A DNA stretch of 64,000 nucleotides from the NCBI GenBank assembly GCA_034437175.1, contig DAOTUJ010000155.1:10558-74557 (forward strand), read 5' to 3'. Position 1 is the first letter of the stretch, and every line of letters starts with the position of its first letter. Under the pieces are notes generated by a model that saw nothing but the letters and a program-made list of their open reading frames with translations, made no database searches and had not been told where the DNA came from. Of the stretch, positions 28,732-37,263 are shown piece after piece. The translations under genes were made by a program, and so were the position numbers. The DNA is from Chloroflexaceae bacterium. Lineage in GTDB: Bacteria > Chloroflexota > Chloroflexia > Chloroflexales > Chloroflexaceae.

Positions 28732-28786
28732 ATCGCTCCATGGTTGGTTCTGGCGACGAAGTTGCCAGAACCAACCATGGAGCGAT
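28732..28786. repeat. hairpin repeat, inverted relative of 28634..28670 (copy 2)
   Basis: ATCGCTCCATGGTTGGTTCTGGC-GACGAAGTT-GCCAGAACCAACCATGGAGCGAT has 23-nt arms. Its reverse complement shares GGTT(G)GTTCTGGC...CTTCGTCGCC with copy 1. Confidence 0.8.
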
Positions 28787-28792
28787 TTGACG

Positions 28793-29428
28793 CTATTCCA
28801 CCCTGCTACACAGCGGCTGTAGCGCCGGAACCAGGTTGCGATAGTGCTCCAGGTTTTCGGCGGTATCGATATCAAGTGCCAGCGTGGCCGAACGATATTC
28901 GCGCAGCTGCAAGGACAGCCGGGCGGCCGAACAACGGTGCAAAAGGGCGCTGTCGATGCCGAATTGCAACGGCAGCGCACTGGGCAATCGCAGGGCCAGC
29001 GCATTCGTGCCGCAACCGGCAGCATCGGGCGCCAGTACCACATCGGCGCCCGATGCCAGCAAATCAACCATGCCGCGCACATCACGCTGCGTGATCAGCG
29101 GCACATCACCGGGCACAACCAGCATAGCCGGCTCTCCGGCGGCCGTCAGCGTAGCCCGAGCGCCTTCGAGCGCGGCATTCAGCCCACCGGCTCGTTCCGG
29201 CAGCAGCGTCACACCGAGCGCCAGTGCCAGGGCCTGTGCTTCCGGATCGCTGCTCACCAGCGACACTGCGGCCAGCAGCGATTCGCTCCGGCAGAGCAGC
29301 AGCTTCGCCAGAACCCGTTCCAGCATTTCGCGTACCAGTCGGCGCCGCTGCGTGGGGTTCAGCCGCCCGGCCAGGCGACTTTTCGCATAAGCCAGATTTT
29401 TAAGCGGTACAACCGCGTGAATATGCAT
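28793..29428 (-). CDS. cofC: 2-phospho-L-lactate / phosphoenolpyruvate guanylyltransferase
   Basis: MHIHAVVPLKNLAYAKSRLAGRL...R..L...ML is the CofC/FbiD N-terminal signature. The gene sits directly downstream of cofD. Confidence 0.8.
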   Translation of the reverse strand: MHIHAVVPLKNLAYAKSRLAGRLNPTQRRRLVREMLERVLAKLLLCRSESLLAAVSLVSSDPEAQALALALGVTLLPERAGGLNAALEGARATLTAAGEPAMLVVPGDVPLITQRDVRGMVDLLASGADVVLAPDAAGCGTNALALRLPSALPLQFGIDSALLHRCSAARLSLQLREYRSATLALDIDTAENLEHYRNLVPALQPLCSRVE

Positions 29429-29435
29429 GCACTAC

Positions 29436-30359
29436 CTATGCCGGAACTTCGAGGGTTGCCAGCGCCAGCGCGGCCTTTTCGACGGAGCCGCGCATAATCG
29501 TATCCATCACCAGCACGTGGATACCCAGTGCTTCGATGGCCGGCGCCAGCGCAGCATCGACATCATCGATCACCAGCGCATCGATCAACCCCTGGTAGAA
29601 CCGGGCCACACCGAGCGCCGAGACTTCATAGCCAGCGGCGCGCATCAAGGGCGCGGCCGGCCCCTTGATGGGCGCGCCGCCCACAATCGGCGAAACTGCC
29701 ACCAGTGGTGCGGCAGCCGCTTCGAGTGCCGCGCGCATACCGGGTAGCGCCAGAATCGGCCCGACACTGACGATGGGATTGCTGGGAGCAATCAGGATCC
29801 GCTCGGCATGCGCCAGTGCATCGAGCAAGCCCGGTGCCGGACGGGCCTGCTCGACATCGACGAAGCACACACCCAGCACCGCGTCGGCGGCACGGCGGCG
29901 CACGAAATATTCTTCAAAGTGCATATCACCGGCCGGCGTGATGATATGCGTCGGCACCGGATCGTCACTCATCGGCAGGATCCGCACACCGACGCCCAGC
30001 GCCTGCCGAAACTCTTCGGTGATCGCGCTCAAGCGATAGCCCTCGCGCAACAGTGCCGTGCGTCGGATATGCAGTGCCAGGTCGCGATCACCCAGCTTGA
30101 ACCAGTCCGGCCCGCCCAGCCGGCTCAACCATTCCATACAGGCCGTCGTATCGCCGCGAATGCCCCAGCCCTGTTCGCGATCAATCAGATCGGCCAGGGT
30201 ACAGGTAACAATGTCGACATCGGGCGAAATATGCAGGCCATGCAAGACAAAATCATCGCCGGTATTGACCACCGCCGTAATAGCTTCCGGCGACCGTACC
30301 TGCACCAGTCCTTCCAGAAACCGCGCTCCGCCAACCCCACCGGCAAAGGTGACAATCAT
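29436..30359 (-). CDS. cofD: 2-phospho-L-lactate transferase
   Basis: MIVTFAGGVGGARFLEGL is the CofD/FbiA N-terminal signature. Length is 307 aa. Confidence 0.9.
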   Translation of the reverse strand: MIVTFAGGVGGARFLEGLVQVRSPEAITAVVNTGDDFVLHGLHISPDVDIVTCTLADLIDREQGWGIRGDTTACMEWLSRLGGPDWFKLGDRDLALHIRRTALLREGYRLSAITEEFRQALGVGVRILPMSDDPVPTHIITPAGDMHFEEYFVRRRAADAVLGVCFVDVEQARPAPGLLDALAHAERILIAPSNPIVSVGPILALPGMRAALEAAAAPLVAVSPIVGGAPIKGPAAPLMRAAGYEVSALGVARFYQGLIDALVIDDVDAALAPAIEALGIHVLVMDTIMRGSVEKAALALATLEVPA

Positions 30360-30389
30360 GCTCTGCTGAACCTTTCTGCGTCGTGCCCT

Positions 30390-30992
30390 TTATTTCCAGT
30401 GTACCACCAGTTCACTCAGCGGGCGGCGCGAGCGGCGTTGCGGGTCGCGGGCTACATAGCCGACGGTAATCAGCGCCTGAGGGTTCAGCGTGGTTTCGAG
30501 ATCGAGCGCCTCGCGCACGGTTTGCGGGCAAAACAGCGGTGCGCACATCCAGCCGGTGTCGAGACCGAGCTCATAGGCCGTCAGCAGCATATTTTGAATG
30601 GCGCAACCCAGACTCTGGATGGCCATCGTCGTTTCGGCGGCCTGGCGCTCGGCATCCGGGTAGACGTCGAGATCTTCGAGATAGAGACAGGGCACAATCA
30701 GTGCCGGCGCGCCGGTAATGCGCTCGTGCGATTTGCGATAGCGCATCTCAATCGTTGCAACGTCCTGGCCATCGAGCGCAAGCTGGCGCCGCCATTCGGC
30801 GCCCATAGCCGTAGCCAGGCGCTGTTTCTGTTCGGCGCCGACAACCACCGCGAAGCGCCAGGGCTGGCGGCCATGCGGCGAAGGCGCCCAGCGCGCCGCT
30901 TCGAGTATCGCCTCCAACTGAACCCGGCTAACCGGATCCGGCCGGTAGGCGCGCACCGAACGCCGGCCACGAATAATGTTTGCAAGATTCAT
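30390..30992 (-). CDS. nitroreductase-family protein, FbiB C-terminal-domain-like
   Basis: IIRGRRSVRAYRPDPV is the nitroreductase N-terminal motif. Its position between cofE and cofD matches the C-terminal domain of actinobacterial FbiB. Confidence 0.7.
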   Translation of the reverse strand: MNLANIIRGRRSVRAYRPDPVSRVQLEAILEAARWAPSPHGRQPWRFAVVVGAEQKQRLATAMGAEWRRQLALDGQDVATIEMRYRKSHERITGAPALIVPCLYLEDLDVYPDAERQAAETTMAIQSLGCAIQNMLLTAYELGLDTGWMCAPLFCPQTVREALDLETTLNPQALITVGYVARDPQRRSRRPLSELVVHWK

Positions 30993-31054
30993 GCCTGTTC
31001 AGAAAAGAGGTATCGATCCGGCCCGAAAGCCGGATCGATACCTCAATGGCTAAA

Positions 31055-31810
31055 TTAGCGAAAAAGATCGAAATTCGGGTCGCGAATCAATTCGCGGGCA
31101 CTATGCTCGGCAACCTGGTACTGGTAGCCCCGCACGATCGCCACCGGCACCGCATCGATTTTGCCCATCACCAGTTCCGCCGCGCTGGCCAATTCATCGG
31201 CGACCGCAATTTTGCTGGCCTGCATCATAAAACCATGCGGATCGGCGACACCGGCATAATCGCTCAGCGGCGCAATGCCGGCCACACCGATAGCAATATT
31301 GACCTGCCCTTCGCGCCAGGGCCGCCCGAAGGTATCCGAGATAATCACCGCAACCTCAACGCCCAGACGGCGCTGTAGCGCCGACCGCAATTCGGCCGCA
31401 CTGCGGTCGGCATCCACGGGCAACAGCGTAACCAGGTGCCCGCCGGCCACATTCGATTCATCGATGCCAGCGTTGGCACAGATCAGGCCGTGGTGCGTCT
31501 CGGTAATCAGCACCCCCCGATCCATTTTGACAATTCGGCGGCTCTCGCGCAACACCAGTTCAGCCAGTTCGGGCGTCTTTTTGCCCTGCGCGGCAATCGT
31601 GCGGGCAAAATCCGAAGCCTCGATGTTCTTCGGATCGATAATGCGGCCTTCGGCTTTCGAGACGATTTTCTGCGTAACCACCAGGATATCCTGATCGACG
31701 AGGTGCAGCGACTGACCGGCCAGCGCCTGAATGAACAGTTCGACCAGGTCATCGCCGACGCGCACTTCGCCGATGCCACGCAGCGGGATGATGCGGAGCT
31801 CATTCTGCAT
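31055..31810 (-). CDS. cofE: coenzyme F420-0:L-glutamate ligase
   Basis: The CofE-like layout includes IIPLRGIGEVRVGDDL, VVTQKIVSKAEGR, ETHHGLICANAGID and AVIISDTFGRPWREGQ. Confidence 0.85.
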   Translation of the reverse strand: MQNELRIIPLRGIGEVRVGDDLVELFIQALAGQSLHLVDQDILVVTQKIVSKAEGRIIDPKNIEASDFARTIAAQGKKTPELAELVLRESRRIVKMDRGVLITETHHGLICANAGIDESNVAGGHLVTLLPVDADRSAAELRSALQRRLGVEVAVIISDTFGRPWREGQVNIAIGVAGIAPLSDYAGVADPHGFMMQASKIAVADELASAAELVMGKIDAVPVAIVRGYQYQVAEHSARELIRDPNFDLFR

Positions 31811-31822
31811 AGATGCCTTGCC

Positions 31823-32686
31823 TCAGAAATATTTGCGCAGCAGCAGATCGAGCCGCTGGCGGGTTTCCGTCGGAATAACGCTGCGATCAGTGATGATGGC
31901 CGTTGCCAGCGCGCTATGGGCACTGCTGGTGAAGCCCTCGCCGATAAGCGGGATCGCCTCGCGCACGATCTGCTGCGAAAGCGCCGCATTTGCCTGCAAC
32001 ACCTGCACGACCATCTCCACCGTGACCGCGTCGTGGTCGGGATGCCAGACATCGTAGTCGGTGACCATAGCCAGAGTGGCATAAGCAATTTCGGCTTCAC
32101 GGGCCAGTTTAGCCTCGGGCAGCGCAGTCATACCAATCAGGTGATGGCCGCGACGGCGATTCTCCTCGCTCTCAGCCCTGGTCGAGAAAGCCGGCCCCTC
32201 CATAACAACCATCGTCGCCCCATGATGCACCGTCGCCCCGGCACGCTGCGCAGCCTGGTACAGGCGCTCACGCAACTCGGCGCAGAAAGGATAATCGAAG
32301 CCGATATGCGCCACCAGGCCATCGCCGAAAAAGGTGAAGGGCCGGATGCCCCTGGTTCGGTCGAAAATCTGATCGGGAATGACCACATGGCCGGGCGCCA
32401 TTGCTTCGCGCAGGCTGCCGACGGCACTGACCGAGATCAGGTACTCGACCCCCAGCATCTTGAAGCCATACATATTGGCCCGGCTCGGCACTTCCGTCGG
32501 CGTAAGCCGGTGGCCGCGCCCATGGCGGGGCAAAAACGCCACTCGCCGGCCGGCCAGGTCACCCAGCACATAGGCATCGCTCGGATCGCCAAAGGGCGTT
32601 TCCAGACGCACCTCCTCGACATTTTCGAGATCGGCCATTCCATACAGGCCACTTCCACCAATTACCCCGATCCTGGCCTGCGCCAT
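31823..32686 (-). CDS. mtnP: S-methyl-5'-thioadenosine phosphorylase
   Basis: IGVIGGSGLY...FLPRHGRGH...SAVGSL...GATMVVMEGPAFST...IGMT are PNP/MTAP motifs. I start at MAQARIG (AGGAGG SD). The track ORF's 110-codon N-terminal extension overlaps the upstream regulator gene. Confidence 0.9.
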   Translation of the reverse strand: MAQARIGVIGGSGLYGMADLENVEEVRLETPFGDPSDAYVLGDLAGRRVAFLPRHGRGHRLTPTEVPSRANMYGFKMLGVEYLISVSAVGSLREAMAPGHVVIPDQIFDRTRGIRPFTFFGDGLVAHIGFDYPFCAELRERLYQAAQRAGATVHHGATMVVMEGPAFSTRAESEENRRRGHHLIGMTALPEAKLAREAEIAYATLAMVTDYDVWHPDHDAVTVEMVVQVLQANAALSQQIVREAIPLIGEGFTSSAHSALATAIITDRSVIPTETRQRLDLLLRKYF

Positions 32687-32987
32687 AGTTGCTCCTCCTG
32701 CTCGTCTCGTGAAATACATCCCTGTGCATGCTGCATGATACAACAGATTACGCGGCTCGCCGTTGGTAGGGGTGTGACAAAACGGCTTGCAGAAAAACCG
32801 CCGGCGCGGACAGCTTCCGGGAAGCTGCCACCCCGGCGGCCGCTCACTGCTGATGCGGATGGCCCCCAGCGCCGGCAATCCGCACCTCAGCCGAAGCGTC
32901 CCGGAAGCGAGATCGCGGCGCACGGGCAGAATTCTATCGTCACACCCCATTGGTAACGGCCACATGACTGCCGCAATCCGGTTCGGT

Positions 32988-33689
32988 TCAGTCAACGAAT
33001 TTATAGCCGACGCCATGCACCGTCAGAATATGCTGCGGATGCCGCGGTTGAGCCTCGAGTTTCTGGCGCAGCCAGGCCACATGCACATCGACAGTCCGGG
33101 TCGACACCTGCGCATGGTAGCCCCAGACATCATTGAGCAGGGTTTCACGCGAGAGCGTTGCGCCGCGATGCTCGATAAAGTAACGCAGCAAACGAAATTC
33201 GAGCGTCGAAAGCTCAACCGGCTGCCCCTCACGTTGCACCCGTGCCTGTTGCAAATCGACGCTCACCGTACCGAACTGGTAACCGTCCGGCGCCTCACCG
33301 GTGGCCAGGCGCGTCGCCGAACGCCGCAGCAGAGCCTCAACCCGCGCCAGCAACTCCAGCATCTCAAAGGGCTTGGTGAGATAATCATCGGCACCGAGTT
33401 TCAAGCCGACAACCTTGTCGACGACCTGGTCACGCGCCGTCAGCATCATCACCGGCGTTTCGGCATGCTGCTGGCGCAGATCACGACAGACATCGAAACC
33501 ATTGCGGTGCGGCAGCATCACATCAAGAATGATCAGATCAAAGTGCTCAGCCAGCGCCCGGGCCAGGCCGATGTCACCGTCGCCGGCAACCTCCACCTCA
33601 TATCCATCGCCACGCAACCGGTCCGAAAGCGTCAGCACCAGGCCCGGCTCATCTTCAATCAACAAAATCCGCGGCTTCTCACCCATCAC
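32988..33689 (-). CDS. OmpR-family response regulator
   Basis: RILLIEDEPGL...DVMLPHRNG...LTARD is the receiver domain. The winged helix is LSTLEFRLLRYFIEHRGATLSRE...VHVAWLRQKL...TVHGVGYKF. Confidence 0.9.
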   Translation of the reverse strand: MMGEKPRILLIEDEPGLVLTLSDRLRGDGYEVEVAGDGDIGLARALAEHFDLIILDVMLPHRNGFDVCRDLRQQHAETPVMMLTARDQVVDKVVGLKLGADDYLTKPFEMLELLARVEALLRRSATRLATGEAPDGYQFGTVSVDLQQARVQREGQPVELSTLEFRLLRYFIEHRGATLSRETLLNDVWGYHAQVSTRTVDVHVAWLRQKLEAQPRHPQHILTVHGVGYKFVD

Positions 33690-35578
33690 CCATCACCCAT
33701 CACCCCTGCACCCACCGATCCCGCCGCACTCATCGCCACCGGCACATACATAGTAAAGCAACTTCCCGCGCCCACTGCACTTTCGACACCGATGCGTCCG
33801 CCGTGCGCCTCAAGCACATGCTGCACCAGGCTCAACCCGAGCCCACTGCCATGGACCGCCGAGGCCGCCACGGCCCGCCCGCGATAGAATGGCTCAAAAA
33901 GGTGCGGCAGATCCGCCGCAGCAATCCCGGCGCCCCAATCGCGCACACTGATCCGAATTTCCGCGCGGCGCTCGGCGGAAGCCAGTGCCGCCTGTACCAC
34001 CACCCGGCTGCCGTCGCCATACTTCAGCGCATTGCTCACCAGGTTGTGCAGCGAGCGGCGCAGCGCATTCGCATCACCGCGTATCGGCGGCAAATCAGGC
34101 GCGAGTTCCAGGGTAATCGGCGTATTCGTTTGCGCTTTGCACTCATCCAGCGCCGCCCGGATCAAGGGCTCAACCCACAACTCAGCGAACTGGTAGGTTT
34201 TTTTACCGGCCTGCACACTGGCAAATTCCAGCACCTGCTCAATCATCGTGCTCAAGCGGCGGCCCTCATCGCGAATGAGCGCCCCGTAACGCCGGGCCTG
34301 CTGCGGCTCTTCAACCAGGCCGTCAGCCAGATTCTCACCGGCCGAACGGATCACCGTCAGCGGCGTACGCAACTCGTGCGAGACCGCCGCAGCGAACTGC
34401 ATCTGGCGACGGGCCAGTTGCCGGGCGCGCTGCGTCGTCAGCACCAGCAGCACCACGCTCGCCGCCAGCACCAGCAGCACACCGGTATTGAGTGCCAGAT
34501 TGCGATTGCGCTCCTGGGCGACGGCGGCTTCGAGCGAGCCCAGCCGATGCTTCAACAGCAAACGCCAGGCGCCGCTGTCGGCATCAGGCGGCGGTTCGGC
34601 ACCCATAATCCCAATCGTCACCCGGTTCGCATTCTTCGCCGCCGTACCATGCAAACTACGAAAATCATTATCGAGCAACAGGCGGTTCAAATATTCGTAT
34701 TGAATACTGAACAACGTCGTGGCGGCATCGCCGCTGCGCCCATCCGCCGCAGTCAGGCTGGACGGCGAAGCATACACCAGACGTGCCGAATTTTCCTGCG
34801 AAACAACCAGCACATGAAAATCCATCCCGGCCTCGGCCGGCAGATAGCGTTGCAGCAGTGAAGGCAGCATCATCTCGCGAATATAGTTTTCATCGAGCAA
34901 CACAACCGTGTGCGCAAACAGCGGCGCATCGAGGGCGGTACGCCGGCAAGTGGCACAGAAACCACGCGGCCCGGTGAGCACCGCATCGCTAAAAATCAGG
35001 TCGGCATCGATATCAAGCGCTTCACGATCCGAGAGCAACCAGCTGCGGGTCGGCGACACCAGCAGCGCCGGCAGCGGCGCATACACCGGAGCCAGCGGCA
35101 GGACAGTGGCCGGGCCGGCTGTCGTCGGCGCACGGTGGGCCAGTTCCAGTCGCCGCCGGAGATCGATCATATCCGCCGGCCAGCGCTGCTGTTCAAAGCG
35201 TTCCAACGCCGGATCAAAGCGATAAAGCGTCAACCCACCGATCTGATCGACCTTGACCAGCAACAGGCCGGCAACCATATCGGGATAGGGCGCCGTTTCA
35301 CGCCAGCGCTCATAACGCGCCGCAAAATGCCGCCAGTCGTGGTCGCGCAATGTTGCGGCATCGATCTGGAAACTCAGATAAGCCCGTGCCAGTTCGCGGT
35401 CGAAGGCCTCACCGATATTCTGTGCCGCCACCCGCAACCCGGCGCGCACGCGCTCCTGCTCGGCCCGGCTGGCCTCGTCCAGCCAGCGATACTGCAACCA
35501 GCCCAGCATCAGCAAGGCCGGCATTACAGTCGCCAGGATCAACCAGGAAAATCGATGTTCATTCCAGTGCTCTCTCAT
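33686..35578 (-). CDS. membrane sensor histidine kinase (HisKA + HATPase_c)
   Basis: The H-box is FAAAVSHELRTPLT and the N/G boxes are NLVSNALKY and DWGAGI...GSGLGLS. There are two TM segments. A 4-nt ATGA overlap links it to the downstream regulator. The start is taken at MREHWNEH (35578); the alternative is 35638. Confidence 0.85.
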   Translation of the reverse strand: MREHWNEHRFSWLILATVMPALLMLGWLQYRWLDEASRAEQERVRAGLRVAAQNIGEAFDRELARAYLSFQIDAATLRDHDWRHFAARYERWRETAPYPDMVAGLLLVKVDQIGGLTLYRFDPALERFEQQRWPADMIDLRRRLELAHRAPTTAGPATVLPLAPVYAPLPALLVSPTRSWLLSDREALDIDADLIFSDAVLTGPRGFCATCRRTALDAPLFAHTVVLLDENYIREMMLPSLLQRYLPAEAGMDFHVLVVSQENSARLVYASPSSLTAADGRSGDAATTLFSIQYEYLNRLLLDNDFRSLHGTAAKNANRVTIGIMGAEPPPDADSGAWRLLLKHRLGSLEAAVAQERNRNLALNTGVLLVLAASVVLLVLTTQRARQLARRQMQFAAAVSHELRTPLTVIRSAGENLADGLVEEPQQARRYGALIRDEGRRLSTMIEQVLEFASVQAGKKTYQFAELWVEPLIRAALDECKAQTNTPITLELAPDLPPIRGDANALRRSLHNLVSNALKYGDGSRVVVQAALASAERRAEIRISVRDWGAGIAAADLPHLFEPFYRGRAVAASAVHGSGLGLSLVQHVLEAHGGRIGVESAVGAGSCFTMYVPVAMSAAGSVGAGVMGDG

Positions 35579-35616
35579 ACATAAATTATAACGTATCACT
35601 ATGAGCACAGCCAGCA

Positions 35617-35659
35617 TAAAACGGGGCGGCCCAGGCAATGCACGGGCCGCCCCGTTTTA
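35617..35659 (-). terminator. hairpin terminator downstream of 35786..36901
   Basis: TAAAACGGGGCGGCCC ... GGGCCGCCCCGTTTTA form 16-nt arms with T/A runs at the stem base. Confidence 0.6.
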
Positions 35660-35785
35660 CGCTGGTTCTGCCGACGGCAGGGAAGCCTATGCCTTTCGTG
35701 CTGCCGAAGCTTGCCTCAAGCGCCGTCGAATAAGGCGAAAAAGCTCCCGGTGCAACCAGCACCAGCGCCGACTGCGTCAGTCGCG

Positions 35786-36901
35786 TCAGTAGCGGATGGG
35801 CGCGTTGCGCGCACTGCCGTCGTTCGAGAAGCGCCAGACGATGCCTTCGCTCATAATGCTCATCAGGCGCCCGCGCTCGAAGATCTGGTAGCTGGCCCGT
35901 TCCATGCGTTCGAGTTCGAGTGCCCAGCCGATGCGCTCAGCCACACCTGGCTGCTCACGCCAGACTTTGCCGAAGCCTCGGCGCGGCTCATACAGGCCGG
36001 GCGGCGGTTCCAGACCGGTGTCCACCGGATCTTCGCCTTCCCGCCAGGTGTCGTTAAAGACCTGGTGCGTGAGCGAGCCGTCGGCATTGTAGTAGATCAC
36101 GTGGATCAGCGAGCGCTCACCGCGCTGATTGACCCAGTACATCTGGCCGCGCTCGAAGCGCGCCGCTGCCGCCTCAGTGTAGCTGTAGTCTTCGCCAGGC
36201 AGCGGGCAACCTAGCGGCTGCTGGCGGTTGAATTCCTCGTAGTTGGCCTGGAGTTCGCGCAACACCGCGACCTGGCACTGCTCGCTGGGCGGCATGCCGC
36301 TGCGGATCTCGTTGCCCAGCAACCCCAGCAGCACATTGTAGGGCGCCGGATTCTGCGGGTGCCATTCCATGCGACGCCGCTCGAAGTACTGCACATTCAA
36401 CTGTCGGCCCTCAATCGTTTCGACCATCACGTCGGTTATCGGGTAGCCGAAGCGCATCACGCCGCCATTGCGATTCCAGTAGTCAAGAAAGGCTCCGCAG
36501 GCCTGGTAGCCCGTCTCCGGGAAGAGGCGGCAATCCGGCTCCACCGGCGCCGGCGTCCGCGGTGCCCAGGAGCGGCCCAGTTGCTCGAGGCGCTCGGCGC
36601 CCAGCCGCCCGGCCAGTACGCCAATGCCCTCATTACTGTGATCTTCCAGCCGGTCGCGCTCGAACCACTGCACCGGCCCGCTCCAGTTCTCAACCGTCTC
36701 GATCCGCAGCGGTGTCGTCGGGTAACCAAACACCGGCAGACCACCGTTCTGTTCCCAGTACTGGCGGATCGGCCCACTAATGCAATAGCCGGTCTCCGGG
36801 AAACAACGTTCACCCGGCTGCCGGGCCGCCGCCGACGATGCCGGCAAGAGCCCCGCCAGCATCAACGGGAAGAGCAAAAATAGAAAAACCGTACGCATCA
36901 C
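35786..36901 (-). CDS. secreted repeat protein (LGFP-like repeats)
   Basis: A signal peptide (LFLLFPLMLAGLLPASSAAA) is present. Repeated modules include CFPETGYCISGPIRQYWEQNGGLPVFGYPTTP...VQWFERDRLE, CRLFPETGYQACGAFLDYWNRNGGVMRFGYPIT...VQYFERRRME and more. Confidence 0.75.
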   Translation of the reverse strand: MMRTVFLFLLFPLMLAGLLPASSAAARQPGERCFPETGYCISGPIRQYWEQNGGLPVFGYPTTPLRIETVENWSGPVQWFERDRLEDHSNEGIGVLAGRLGAERLEQLGRSWAPRTPAPVEPDCRLFPETGYQACGAFLDYWNRNGGVMRFGYPITDVMVETIEGRQLNVQYFERRRMEWHPQNPAPYNVLLGLLGNEIRSGMPPSEQCQVAVLRELQANYEEFNRQQPLGCPLPGEDYSYTEAAAARFERGQMYWVNQRGERSLIHVIYYNADGSLTHQVFNDTWREGEDPVDTGLEPPPGLYEPRRGFGKVWREQPGVAERIGWALELERMERASYQIFERGRLMSIMSEGIVWRFSNDGSARNAPIRY

Positions 36902-36996
36902 AACCTCCTTTTGCCTGATACTTCCGGCGCCTCCTTGCGCCTGGTGATTACCATCATAACAATCGTCAGGCCAAAATACGATTGTATCAAACTATT

Positions 36997-37030
36997 CATA
37001 AAGTGAAAACCGCATCGTTTTCACTTTATG
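36997..37030. other. AT-rich perfect hairpin in a divergent intergenic region
   Basis: CATAAAGTGAAAAC-CGCATC-GTTTTCACTTTATG has a 14-bp stem. Confidence 0.7.
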
Positions 37031-37128
37031 TTCCTGATAACTGCTTGACAATTGTTCTCAGCAAGTCAATTGTACCGCTCTCACAAGGCGGGCGCATCGC
37101 CCAGAAGAACAGACTCTGCACCTTCCGC

Positions 37129-37172
37129 GACTGCCCGGCTTCTGATACTGCCCGGGGCTTCTGTTACTGCCC
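37129..37172 (+). repeat. 2.5 tandem direct repeats ACTGCCCGG(GG)CTTCTGWT
   Basis: GACTGCCCGGCTTCTGAT / ACTGCCCGGGGCTTCTGTT / ACTGCCC are tandem. GACTGCCCGG occurs again at 37221-37230. All copies lie upstream of the kinase gene at 37264. Confidence 0.7.
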
Positions 37173-37263
37173 TGTGACTGAATTCAAACATAATGTCCTA
37201 TACTAAGGAAAGAAATCAGCGACTGCCCGGTACACGCCGGGCGGCACAGAGCAGGCTCCGCCT

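Noticed and set aside
32687-33016. 110-codon N-terminal extension of the mtnP ORF in the track (31823..33016).
   Set aside because: The extension overlaps the 3' end of the OmpR-type regulator gene. It has no MTAP similarity. An internal ATG at 32686 has an AGGAGG SD and begins exactly at the conserved MTAP N-terminus.
36982-37206. 74-aa ORF in the divergent intergenic region.
   Set aside because: It has AT-rich, non-coding-like composition and no SD. It spans the hairpin, the direct repeats and promoter-like elements.
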